DNA of 64,000 nt from Marsupella aquatica (taxonomy: Eukaryota > Plantae > Marchantiophyta). The notes below the pieces were generated by a model. It was not told where the DNA came from. It ran no database searches and saw only the letters and a program-made list of their open reading frames with translations. The position numbers and the translations under genes are program-made. Every line of letters starts with the position of its first letter. The stretch's first letter is position 1. Of this stretch, positions 36,676-48,701 are shown piece after piece. The stretch spans positions 7,619,808-7,683,807 of the forward strand of contig OZ316891.1 of NCBI GenBank assembly GCA_973895155.1, in the 5' to 3' direction.

Positions 36676-39177
36676 CCAACAAACCCGAGCTCACGGGAGA
36701 GTGATATCTCTCAATGAGGCATGTCTTAACATGATTTTTGGCCTACCCAAAGGACTAAATCGGGTATAATCATGGGCTCTTGGGGGCAAGGGAGCCAAGT
36801 ATCAGTCCTCTAGCTTCTCGGCCGAGGGGGCAGTGGACAACGGTTTTTTGATGACGACATGCCTCATCCCGGAGGTAGCACAACGATTGGAGTTCCAGCG
36901 TTACGCCCTCCACATGATGGAACCAAGGGGCAAAATATCCGTCGCCCAGGTCATACAAGTTGAGAACTACCGGCCTAGGAAGTGGGCGTCCTTCTTTGTC
37001 AAGAAGTTCCACGAGGAGATGGAAGCGGAGAAGGAAGACTTTGTACCTTGGCGGAAAGGCATACTTTGCTAGCCACATCGAGATCATCATCAAGTGGTAC
37101 GCCCATTTTGACCGCCAAAGCCTCCCTCGTATCAACGAGCCCGAGTTGACCCCATCAAAGTGGATATTCTTGGCCCAGGAGAGGCAACATCAGCCCAAGG
37201 CCTGAAGTCTGGCGGCCGTAAGCCCTGCTACTTTGGCCCCACAACCAGCCGCTGCTGTCCCACCGAATGTACCAGTAGACGTGGTTATTGCGACCCTAGA
37301 CGTGATCAACCGGGTCAACGCAATTGAAGCTGGGCTGGCAGAGGCCAGACCCGAGCCTGAGACTACAGTGACCGAGGAGATCCCGCCACCCCCACGGCTG
37401 TTTAGGAGAACCGCCCAGCCCCAGTAAACCCAGCCCCCTCTACCCACACACTTCAAGGGCTGGATGTCTCCACTCCAACTCCTGCACGGGCTGAGGTCTG
37501 TCCTTGCCCAAATCCGGAGGGGCATAGTCTGGACCACTCGGAACTCTTTGCACCGGGCATGTTTCTGAATGGGTTGCTGGAAGCCTTCTCTCAACAAATT
37601 GCACGGGATACCGGGGAGTACATGGCACAAAAGGTGGCCTACTTCTTCAACCAGGAGTTGGGTGCGGCCGTGCAAGCAGGGCATGCGCAGGCTGAGGCTT
37701 CGCAGAAAATAGAGCGGTATCGGGTTGAGTCTGCCCACCTGAAAGACAAAGTGGCAGCCCTAGAGATTGAGCTCCAACTGCTGTGACCTGAGGTAACGGC
37801 CACTGAGGATCAGGTTGCCAAACCTAGAGCCTGGGCATCCTTTGCAGAGCAAGCCGGAGCCGGGAAGGACGCCAAGATCGCATGGCTCCGAACCCAGATT
37901 GACGGTTTGAAGGGACAAGCCGTCATCTGGCAAAAGTATGTAGAGGAGGCCGACGTTTGGGCCCAGCGAGACACAACCGAGATAGACGCCCTGAAGGCGA
38001 AAGTGGCACGGCTTCAAGGAGAAGCCATGAAGCAGGCCCAGTTGGTGGATAAGCTGACAAGCGACGTCCAGCAACTAGAGGAGGTATGCCAGGAAGCCAC
38101 AGAGGAGATGGACGTGGCAAAGCAAGAGAACAAATCTCTGCTAGACCAGGTCCAGCTCCTCAAGCAGGATGCCGACCGGCTCAGAAGACAGCGGGATGGA
38201 TACTTCAAGTCCAATCTAGCAAGCGTGCCAGACATTAGCGGCGGGATAGGTGTAGGATAGAGTTAGGAATAGGATAGTCAGGCGATAAGGACAAGCGCCG
38301 AAACTAGTTAGCGGCGCTGTCCTATCCAACAAACCTTTGTAGTTAGGATCTTAGAATAAGACACACCGTTTTACGGTCTGACAGTTAGCAGAGTTTAGAA
38401 TCTGGGATAGCTTAGATTCAAGCATGTGGTCGGTCCGGACCCGGCTCTTAGTATTTAGTGCACCCCTTGGTAAAGGCAAAAGGGACTTCAGTGGTGTGAT
38501 CTCACGTAGACAGAGCAGCAGGGGGATTTTAGTTTCAGAACCGGGTATCCGCAGGGTGTGCGGGGAGTCCCAGCCTTTGTGAGTAAAAGAACACCACGGA
38601 GGGAGGGTACGACTAAGCTTGTTGTGCGAGTGCGGACCCGGGCTTCATTGTAGCGTACGTCGCTCTGCCGTTGGGGCCTGTTTACTCAAGAGATGTCGAG
38701 TCAATCATGTATGTGTGTATGACGGATTCTGAAGTAAAGTCTTGTCCCACCATTTCCTTCGTGTAAACCAAGATTGTATGTGTGTGAGTTCAGTTGCATG
38801 TATGAATCTCATATACGAGTAGAGAATGCTTGGCCAAACGCATCATCCGAGCCGTGCACGGGATGTAGGCTACGGATAGTGGTTGTGAGCCCGGGTTGGA
38901 TACCCGTATCATTGGATCTAGATCGGAGGCAAACAGTACAAAGGCTTAAAAGCCCTTAAGCCGGGGTCGATTCCGCTATTGACTTAAGGTATGTTCCGGC
39001 GGCGGAACACAAACTATACCCATGACATGTTTATGAGTAGGAATAGGCGCACTTAGCGCTAGATTATAAGAAAAAGGTCCATTTTGCACATCCCTCCTTG
39101 CCCAAACCCTCAAAACTAATGAAGATTATGCCCGTTGAGGCTGGAATCCGCACAAGGACATAGTTTTTGGCGTGACA
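36676..39177 (+). mobile_element. Family B element, 3' part
   Basis: Colinear with 61013-63432; ends ggcgtgaca at 39177; ORF pieces 36833-38260. Confidence 0.88.
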
Positions 39178-39221
39178 TGTACCTACCTATTTCCTGCTGC
39201 GTAAGCCAAATCTACTCCTAA

Positions 39222-40660
39222 GAGCATCCCCACCGGTCGCATCAAACACACCGGGCGGAGCTTTTTAGCGTGATACGGTAGTGTAATTGCATTTTTTGCT
39301 CCCCACCGGGCCTCATAAAACTAGTAAACGACATTCAAAATTGGCAAATTCCTACCCCAACATGGCATTCCTACCGCGTTTGCCCGCATTGGATCAGAAC
39401 CCGCTCAAACTTGCCATTCACATCCTACGGTGAAGAGGGCAGGATCGGTATGCACGTGGACGGCCCCACGTCAGTCATCATCAAGGTGCTTTGCGCATGG
39501 GACCACAGTAGCTTCCCGCACTGTTCGTTGATGATGAGAGTGCTCTGCTTTTGACAGAGTTGTGCACGATCGACCTTTTCCTACACGCTTGCCTTGTGAG
39601 ATTGACTGTTTCAATGGCAGACTCCACGAAAGCAAGAGGTACAAACTTCTCAAGTGCAAAGTTGAAGCAGCTTGGCTGCTCTTGGATGCACATTTTGTAG
39701 GATCCGATAGTTGGAGGAGGGCAGCGCAACGGAGCCTTCTGGGATCAAGTGTGCACTCACTACAACGAGTGCAAACCAAAGGACACACAAAAGAGAGTTG
39801 CTCGTTCGTTGGAGAGCAAATGGAGCGACCTGAAGCATGATGTAGCCAAGTTTTCGGGCGCCTATGCTTCTGTTGTTGATGCACGACACTCTGGCAAAAA
39901 TGAGGATGACACTGTGAAAAGGGCAAAAGAGTTGTATGTTACCAAGCATCCCAAGGCCAAGGATTTCATGTTCATTGACCAGTGGTATTTGTTAAAGGAC
40001 TGCCCAAGATTTGCCATGACCATCGACGACATGAAGCAGAAGGCTGCAATGAAGAAGGCAAGGAAGGGGAAGGGGAAGGGGACAAATGTGAATGACAAGG
40101 ATAATGGTTTTCCAAATACAGATGGTGGTGAAGAGCAGATTCTCTTTGAAAATGAGAGTGGGCGAAGGCAAAGCTTCCCCACCAGTGGAGAGGTTGACCA
40201 AGAGAGCATGCACTACGGTGAGCAAAGGCCAATTGGCAACAAGTCTGCCAAAAAGGTCAAAGTAGATGAATGCAGCTCACAGATGGCAGCGTATGCATAG
40301 AGAGATATGGTGGAAATTAGTGCTAAGCGGCTCAAGCTAGCAGAATCACAGGACAGGCAAAATCTTTTCAATCTTAGAGTTTCAGACATTGATGAAGATT
40401 GTCTAGAGTATTTTGTAAAGTTCAGAGCAAAAGAAATGCGAATTGCTATGATGAAGCTTCAAAGGGAGGAGGAAGAAGAGGAGAGAACCTCCAAGTGAGC
40501 TGCTGCTAGAACACCGATGGCTGACCCACCAGCTAATTTTTTCCCCTCCCCTGATGTAGTCGTAGACGATGTCCATCACAATGTCCCTCGGAATGCCCCT
40601 GAGAATGCCCCCCACATAGAGGATTGTCAGCAGGATAGTACTCCACCAATCGTAGTTACA
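39222..40660 (+). mobile_element. PIF/Harbinger DNA transposon, left part
   Basis: Terminus gagcatccccaccgg after TAA within a family A remnant (39178-39221 matches ~32217-32257); encodes a Myb/SANT ORF; cut off by the CACTA element. Confidence 0.8.
39614..40660 (+). pseudogene. Harbinger ORF1 Myb/SANT-like plus NAM-associated protein
   Basis: RGTNFSS..W..DPIVG..Q..AFWDQV..SLESKWSDLKHDVAKF..WYLLKDCPRF..RPIGNKSAK; several in-frame stops. Confidence 0.82.
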
Positions 40661-41451
40661 CACTAGTAGAAACCGGGGCAATTTAGACCGAACCTTATAG
40701 GACTGAGGCCACTAAGTCCTTTTTTCATACTTAAAATGACTCGGAACCATTCATCCGGTTCACATGAACACTAGGAAAGACTATGAGTGCTTTCTAGTTT
40801 ATGATAAGACTGGAAAAAGTCACCTTGCTACTTTGTGAAGGGTGAAACTCTTAATATTGGCTTTTGCTAATGGCCGTGCATTGGGGGGGGGGGGGGTGCA
40901 CAACAAAAATGGGGAATAGCCCCAATGTGTCATATATACCCAACAAGGCCATGCTATAATCCATGATCGACTTGTCATCCCCCAAGAACATGTCGTTATT
41001 TTTACAACAACAAAGCAAGCAACCAAATTAGGATAACTTGTGCTTTGGTACATACCCCAAATTCATTTGTATCATATCTGTTGGGAAACATAAGTATAAG
41101 GGATTCAAGAGGACATTGTTCACTTATATTAAAGAGGCACTTAACTCATTAAATGGCCTCGTTTGTGACCAAAAGATGTTTGGGTTACATGAAGTTAAGT
41201 TTGCTCTTAATTCAGCCCACATATAACCCTTACTGCCAAAGTATTGCTTTAGGGTTTAAACCGTTTAACTACCCTAATATGTCACAGTTCAAAATTCTTG
41301 AGTTCATGAGGGAGGGAGGTGCAAGATTTTATTCATGCACCATTACTTACCACATCTGCAACATCGGCTAACTTTTGTAAGGGAATCCCAAGGGGGCTTC
41401 TACTTTTGCGACCGTTGGACGGGAACGAGTTGGAGCAACCGTTGGAGGGTC

Positions 41452-41610
41452 AACCCTAATCCCACATTTCTAACTTTTTGCATATCCAGCCAGTGGTTTA
41501 TCGTGTTGTCTTTGTGGGCCACTTCGCACCTCCACACTCTGTCGCACCCTAATCCCGCCACATTTCTAACTTTTTGCATATCCAGCAAGTGGTTTATCGT
41601 GTTGTCTTCG
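41452..41610. repeat. Tandem direct repeat (~60-bp core, 2 copies)
   Basis: accctaatccc..cacatttctaactttttgcatatccagc.agtggtttatcgtgttgtctt occurs twice. Confidence 0.85.
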
Positions 41611-42813
41611 CGGGCACTACTGTGAAGTGAGGTTTAGATTGACTCTTTTCTCGTGGTTGGTGCTGTGGAATTAGAGACAAAGGATTTGGTGTGCCAGGGA
41701 TGCTGCCGTAACAACGTGAACCGGTCATTTTTTACAGTCCTGCAATGTTAGTGAGCTGTGAAGGTTGCGCTTGAGAGCTGACAGTCCCGTCGCCGCCTGC
41801 TCCCATTGTTGTGACTTCATTCAAGTTGCTCGAGCATTGGTGATTTCTACTGCTACGAAAGGCAAGCTGCTTGAAGGGAGGCGACATTGTCTACAAACAT
41901 TGCAGAAGGCCATCAAAGGCTGGGCCTAGCAGCTGCAAGAGCTGTGGTCGAGGAGGACCTCAATGCGGGGAGAAGCTGCAGGTGGGGACGAGCTGCGGGC
42001 GGGGACGAGCTGCGATCAGGGAGGATACATTGGGTCATCACTTACATTTTAGGTGTTGACGTGAGGGAGACCTTGAGGTCGGAGGTGGTCTGCAATTGAC
42101 AAGAAGGTTGACATTCCCTCCCGCTGCGGATTGGTACTTCATTCAGGTGATTCCTATTGCTGCCTCCCACCGCCATTGCCGATTGCCGCTATCATCATTG
42201 ATTGCTTGCTTGCCACTGCCTTTGCTAGTTGCCACCGCCTGTGCTTGTCACTGCCTTTTGTATTGTCTGTGGCTTTTGGTACCCTATTGAGAAATACTGG
42301 TCAGCTTAGTCACGCATTGCACTGAAGATTTCTGCCAGGTCTACGCATGTAATCCTTTGTCTATTGGTCGCTGTCATCTGCATTTTTTTAGGGACCGTCC
42401 ACAGTTGCGGTAGGAGTGGATAGTGCTGGTCACCTGTTCAAGAGGTGCAAGGTGAGAGGGTGGAGAGGACCTGCGCTGCTCAGAATAGAAGTGGCGAGGT
42501 TGAGGGGAGCACCCGGGGGAGCAGCTGCAAGCTTACCATCTTCAGAGTGGGGATTTTCTTGGGGATTTCTGCTAAACTGCTCTGGCTTTCTTCTCGGAGG
42601 TAAGCTACTCCGGACTGTCACTTAGCGAGTTGGTCGCGCTACTAGAAGTACTACCACTTTTACTATAACGCCAACCTCAGTGCTTTTTATAGAATGCTTT
42701 GTTGTTCTTCTACTCGGCATGGCATCATCCTGATTGCCCGTCGCGCTGTGACCAGCAATGGAAAGCGTAGACTATCTCCCTTTGCTAGTCAAAAGGCTGC
42801 GAGGTCTGATTTA

Positions 42814-43050
42814 TGTCTTGCTGGAGTTTTGCTCCTCTATGTGCTTTGTTGTGTTAGCTTCGTTTGTTGTGATCTGTCTTACCCTACTGAGTACTAGTTT
42901 TACACTCTGTGATCCGACTTCATTCCCTACAAATAAATGGACACGACACTGTCTTGCTGGAGTTTTGGTGGTCTAGCTCCGTGCTTTGTTTGCTGTGATC
43001 GGTCTTACCCTGTTGAGTACTAGTTTCGCACCCTGTGATCCGACTTCATT
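42814..43050. repeat. Tandem direct repeat (~100-130 bp, 2 copies)
   Basis: tgtcttgctggagttttg...tcttaccct..tgagtactagttt..cac.ctgtgatccgacttcatt occurs twice. Confidence 0.8.
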
Positions 43051-45551
43051 GCCCCGGTGATTTTCTCTGTCTCTATCCTCTACATTCAGCTTGCGGGTGG
43101 GTTTTGTTATGATTTGATCGGATGACTGATTGTTTTGGAGTTGTAGCCGTGGTCAAACGCACGTCTATTAAAAACAAGTTCATGGAGCTCAAGTTGCTGC
43201 TGTATATAAAGTGCAGCAGGATCTAGAACTGCTTGCAGTCCCAGTGAATCATACATGCTACAATCACAGGATATGACTTCAATAAGTCTTCATAGTTTCT
43301 CATTTTTGTAGAATCTGAGATGTTGCTGGCCCAGGAGATGAGTTTCCCTTAAGAGTCAGGGACATCAGCAGTGTGGGCCATGTAATACAGTTGAGAATGA
43401 TGGCAAGTATAATTTGTTAATGGGTCCAATGCCATGTTTGTGAGCTATTGAGTTGGGTAGGAGAAAATTACCAAAACATTGTCGCAATTGCTTCCAGAAC
43501 AATCATTCGTGGTTAGACTAAGCTTGGCTGAACACCCCTCGCTTGCATGGGACGGACACAATGCGGAATAGGCTATCATGGAGTTGTTGAATGGATCTTC
43601 AATTTTCATGAGAAATGTCCTGGGTTTCCATCCTATGTGTAGATTTCAGAATTAGAACGAAACTACTATTAAGAATACTGTACTTAGCGATTCTTCTTTT
43701 CCTGTGAAGACATTGCCACAAATGTTTCCTTGAGTTCCTGTCATACTAGTGTATTGCGGAACAACTGTCCAAGTATGCTGCAATGGTCGGTCTTGCGCAG
43801 CTGAATGAGCCAATTTCATTTTCCCTGTGCACTTCTATTTCTCAAAGAATTCCCTGGTCATGCTCATTTCCCCCAGAGTTAGAAAACAAAGAAGAAGAGC
43901 TGACTAATTGTAATTCCAATCCATATCCTGATCGGTCAAGGATTGTTCACTACATTGGCCTTGTCATTGGCCGAGGTCACCAAATTTTGCTTGGTTTCAT
44001 TCCTGTGGAGCACTGCTGTGATGGATTTGTCGTAGCATTCTGCAAACTCTCACGGTTTGCTTATGGCCATTATTTGCAATTTGCTGCTACTAATATGTCT
44101 TCTTCTGAGCAGCATACACCAGAAGTAAGCAATAGTGGAGGTTTAACTGCACATCAACACATCTAGTGAACTACCTCTCTGCTGCTCACTGGAGGGTGAG
44201 ACTTTCACTCTTTCTGGATATTGTAGTTTGTAAGCAAGTTGATTAGGAGTGTTTCATGCTATGTTTACACTGTGACCCCTAGCTGGAACCAATGGAATGA
44301 CACAGTGAGTGGGAACTGATAATTTAAGGTTGGTTGCTGTTGGTGAGGCAAGTACAGCTCCTGCTCACCTTGCTGATCGAAGGTGCTTATCAGAGGACGT
44401 GAACACACGACATCTCCACAAAAGCAACACTTATGGTGAGGACCCGCAACGCTGAACATGTGCGGCTTGCACGCAAGGCAGAGATGTTGCGCCTTGAGTA
44501 TGTCAGACTTGGGATCCTTCCAGCCCAGTCTGCATGGTACTTTGAGTACCCAGTTGTTGCCAGGAACAACTACAGCCAGCCTGTACCTGCTTCTCCACCC
44601 TTCCCAACATCCTTGGTATTTCTGTCTCTTGTACATGACCCGCCACAAATTAGGGCCCAAGGGTGTGTGCACAGTTGCCAATATGACTGTCCTGCCTGTA
44701 GGGCTTCTGGCCTAGAGTTGGATGACCGTTCTCTTGGATGTCGGTTTTTTCATAGAGCACAATGTATCATCTGGAACCACTCGCCATCCTGCAGTGTGCC
44801 TGGCGATGTCACTTGTCCTGCCCTCCCAGACCCCACCGCCGGTCACTTTGGTGTCTACACATGTTTGGATCACACGCTCTAGAGGACCACTTGTCACACC
44901 GCATGCACAAACCAGAGACCATTGACCTATAACTTAACACTTTGACTTGAACAGAGAGGATATTTACTTAAGATTTTGAATTATGACCAATTTTGGGTCC
45001 AGGGTTTAGGGTCAACAGTACATAACTTATCCTATTATGTCTGCACTAAGTACAATATCCTAATTTAAGAGGCTAGCACGCTCACTTAAAAGTCTCCTTT
45101 CAAAGACTGGAATTAATGGGCCATGTGATAACCTGGAAAAAGTGATTTATGCCTAACTTATTTGTCTCATTCACTATCATAGCCTATTTAGGATGTATAA
45201 ATTACAACCCTGATCACACTGCTTGATACCAATCCTGTTCAAAAAATGCCTGTTTTACATGTCACGACTGTTATATGTGATTCAAATGCATTAAATCTTG
45301 TTGCAGATCTCCTTTGGTGAATCATAGTCACAAAATTGAGGTGTAGGTGGAGCTATTGTACGAGGGGATCAGTTTTTAGTGTGGGCTCAACAAACCAAAA
45401 AGTATGTCTACTCTGCACATGTGTGTGAACATTTCATTGCAGTAGCAATTGCCACTCTAGTCTATATGCTACACTGTACTTTTTGTACACTGCACTAAAT
45501 TGTATTGTCTGTGCACTCTGCTAAATTGTACTATCTGTCTCATGCGTAGGC

Positions 45552-46232
45552 ATGGCACGCCCTAAAATCCGAGCCAAGAAGCGGGGGACAGAGGTGAGCA
45601 ACACAGGTGTAGTTGGGCCAGATGGTAGTAACTTCTCCGCAAGTCAGATTTTCCAGAAGGCAGCTCATTGTTGTGCCATTTGTGACGATGGTGGTGGCTT
45701 AGCCATATGTGAGGGCCCTTGCATGAGGCATTTCCACCTCAACCCGGAGTCTGACCTTGCTGCAGAAAACAACTGTCCAGGGGTGGGCCTCCCGTCAGCA
45801 CACCAGGGAGGCTGGATGTGCACTAATTGTTTGGAGAAGCAGGCTAAGTGTGCACAGTGTGGGAAGTTGGGGTCTTATGAGGGCTCTGTTGATGCTCCAC
45901 CACTTGTTAGGAAATGCCCTGACAGATATTGTGTGAGGTTCTTTTGTTTTTCATGTTTGCCCGATCTTGCCACAGCTTGCCCACTTCATAAGTGCAAGGC
46001 ATATGGTCAGCACGATGAAGATTTCTGGGTGGACATAGTCCACTGTGTTAGGTGTCCCACCATGTGGCACTTTCATTGTTTGAAGGAGCGTCAAGCAGAA
46101 GGCTATGCTTGTGACAGACACATCTATGATCACTCTGCACATGGTGTTGATCGATGGATCTTCTATTGTCATCGCCATGCCATAGATCCTACTTTGCACA
46201 CTCCCATGAGAGATCACATTTCTTGGCTTTGA
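45552..46232 (+). CDS. Multi-PHD-finger protein, EDM2/NSD-type
   Basis: CAICDDGGGLAICEGPCMRHFH..C..WMCTNCLEKQAKCAQCGKLGS..CPLHKC..VHCVRCPTMWHFHCL..FYCHRH; open 226 aa, preceded by acceptor-like catgcgtag. Confidence 0.8.
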   Translation: MARPKIRAKKRGTEVSNTGVVGPDGSNFSASQIFQKAAHCCAICDDGGGLAICEGPCMRHFHLNPESDLAAENNCPGVGLPSAHQGGWMCTNCLEKQAKCAQCGKLGSYEGSVDAPPLVRKCPDRYCVRFFCFSCLPDLATACPLHKCKAYGQHDEDFWVDIVHCVRCPTMWHFHCLKERQAEGYACDRHIYDHSAHGVDRWIFYCHRHAIDPTLHTPMRDHISWL

Positions 46233-46815
46233 ACCTGAATAATGTACATGCATAGTGCACCTGATGTGGATACCTTGGAGATTGCAGACATTCCAATTTT
46301 GAGAAGAAGGACCTATGTAGGAGAGGATGCTTAGGCAACAAGTACCCTAAGTTCATTACTTGTTCCTGGGTACATGCCTTCAAAAACTCCCCTTAAGCCT
46401 TCTAGGAACTTTTTTAACTCTGCAATCATTTTGATCACGACTTACATGACACTGCTTAAATTAAATCAGGACTTCTCATTATGAGCATATAAGTTACAAG
46501 GCTATTTAATTTGCGAGAATTCCCTTAAAGTGTACCAACATTTTGTATTCTCATTGAATGTCTGCCCATTTACAACATCTGTATGTGGCATCACAAAACA
46601 ATTGCACTTGTCACCTTCAATATTGTGAAGGCACATATTCAAACTATGAGGTGCATGCTTGCAGGTGTCTAGTACGTTTGTCCCAATATTTCTCCCGTTT
46701 GGAATCGGAGCAGAGACTCACCAGACGACTGGACTGGACCAAGTTATAAATGCAGCATTTTAAGGGCCCTCCGATTATCAGGTGAACGCATTATCTTCCG
46801 ATCTGCAGTGATTAG

Positions 46816-47679
46816 GTGGCCCGTGTGTACATGGCCTCTAGGAAACGTACAAAGGTTGACCACCCGCCTCTGTTGGCTGGAATCAAAGCCATTTTGATTC
46901 CTGGCCACTATGGGTTCACCCAAGTGAGTTGGCCAATCGTACAAAAACGATTCTCAGAGTTCCATGGGACTGAAGTCAAGGACATCACTCCACAGACTAC
47001 ACATGTTGTTGCGGGGACATGGCTGGATGTGATGAACAAGTGGTCATGGTCCTTCATTGATTCTGCCATTACCAACCAAGGTCTAAAAGTAGTTGAAGTC
47101 TCTTGGCTGACCGATTCTGTTAAACATAGGTGTGTACAGAGTACTGAGCAATATGAGTTGTGGGAGAGTGAGGAGGCCACTGCAGAGGCTTTGGCTGAAA
47201 AGGAAGCCTATGACGCAGCGGCAGAGAAACCCAACTTTGCTTCTGTCCAATATGGACCTGTTGTCAACATAGGACACCATCCTATGCGTGCAGATGCTAT
47301 ATTGAATGAGCATGGCAAGGAGAGAAATACCATTATGAAGGGGTTCAGTGTGGTATTTGCAGAAGAAGGAATTGGGGAGACTAAGTGCAGACTGTACAAG
47401 TCTATAGTTGTTGAGCTAGGTGGGACAGTGGAGGAGAGTCTAACAGAAACCTCCACTCATGTTGTAGGTCTGTCATACATGAAAATATGCAGAAAATTCT
47501 TTAAGACAACAGTGCGTGATTTTGTCATGAACAACAATCTTTGGGTGCTTTCCCCTGATTGGCTTCTGGAATCAGCAACTAGAGGGAAGCGACAGAATGC
47601 TTGGGACTTTGATATTTTTGAGGCCTGGCCCTCCAAGATTCAGCGGAGATGTATGCTTAGCAAAGGTGGGAGAGAGTGA
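46816..47679 (+). CDS. Tandem BRCT-domain protein
   Basis: Two repeats with THVV and V.xxWL.xS motifs: TTHVVAG..KVVEVSWLTDSV and LGGTVEESLTETSTHVVG..VLSPDWLLESA. Confidence 0.8.
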   Translation: MARVYMASRKRTKVDHPPLLAGIKAILIPGHYGFTQVSWPIVQKRFSEFHGTEVKDITPQTTHVVAGTWLDVMNKWSWSFIDSAITNQGLKVVEVSWLTDSVKHRCVQSTEQYELWESEEATAEALAEKEAYDAAAEKPNFASVQYGPVVNIGHHPMRADAILNEHGKERNTIMKGFSVVFAEEGIGETKCRLYKSIVVELGGTVEESLTETSTHVVGLSYMKICRKFFKTTVRDFVMNNNLWVLSPDWLLESATRGKRQNAWDFDIFEAWPSKIQRRCMLSKGGRE

Positions 47680-47819
47680 GGAGTAGGAGTCCCTCATATT
47701 TTTGTATAAATCACAATTTTGTAATAAATGTGATCCTTGAACTAACTCATCTTGTCATGGTTGGTCGCAGTTGAAGTGATTGTTGTTTCCTGCTGCGTGG
47801 GGTGTGACTGTGAATCTAC

Positions 47820-48389
47820 TTGCTGGGCTCTGTTTGGCTGAAGACTTTGGTGGGTATGCTGCCTCTTCCAGACCGTCAGGCCCTATGTAGGGTCCTCCTA
47901 CGGGTTGCATCGTGCATGGCTACTGCTTGGGCTTACTTGTGTGGATTGGTAACCAGACAGAGTGTAGCTCCATCCGAGATAATGCCTGCAGACCTTGGAT
48001 GTATTGTGAATACTGTGGTGAATGAGGATGCACAGTCGGAAGAGGACATTTACTTTTCAGCAGATGAGTTAGACAAGCACGATGCTGTAGGTGGTTCCTT
48101 GTTGCCTGATTTGGCAGATGATATAGTTCTTACACATGTCTGGCCGAGGGTTCTTGTGGTGTCTGGCGCACAAGATATCTGCAAATATAGACTAATTAGT
48201 ACCCAGTGGAGGGACTTGGTAGCAACATGTGCACCATGGAGGGCACTGCTGCCACTGCTTGTAGGCACGGATCGAAGACCACCATGGCATGAGCAGGGTT
48301 TAGACCTTGATGACTTAATGTACATGCCTGAGTACCTCAGGGCTGAGTGGCATCGACAACAGGATTGGTATCCGTATTTGATGTGGTAG
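47820..48389 (+). CDS. Putative F-box-like protein
   Basis: LLPDLADDIVLTHVWPRV...YRLISTQWRDLV resembles the F-box consensus LPxDLxxxILxxL..CR.VSK.W..LV; start uncertain. Confidence 0.55.
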   Translation: MLGSVWLKTLVGMLPLPDRQALCRVLLRVASCMATAWAYLCGLVTRQSVAPSEIMPADLGCIVNTVVNEDAQSEEDIYFSADELDKHDAVGGSLLPDLADDIVLTHVWPRVLVVSGAQDICKYRLISTQWRDLVATCAPWRALLPLLVGTDRRPPWHEQGLDLDDLMYMPEYLRAEWHRQQDWYPYLMW

Positions 48390-48701
48390 TAAGATGAGGA
48401 TATCTCACACCGGTCTCGCACCTGGCACCTGTGTCTATGACTATACATGATTGGACTCTGATATGGTCATGGATATACGTGCAGAGGCAGTACATGTGAG
48501 GACAGCGGAGGAGTTGACACCCTCAAACATTTAGGAATTTTGTCTCATTCACTTGAGAATAGGTACATGACTCAGGCACCTATATTTTTTGTTTTTTTGT
48601 TTTTTTGGAATGTTACGTATTTTGGCAAGTACAGTCGGGGGTGAAATCCTTAACAGGAAGTATTTTTCACTTGCATAATAAAATGACAGGGTGCTGAGTG
48701 C

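Noticed and set aside
41452-43050. Direct repeats as a CRISPR-like array
   Set aside because: Only two copies of each, no spacer periodicity, and a eukaryotic transposon context.
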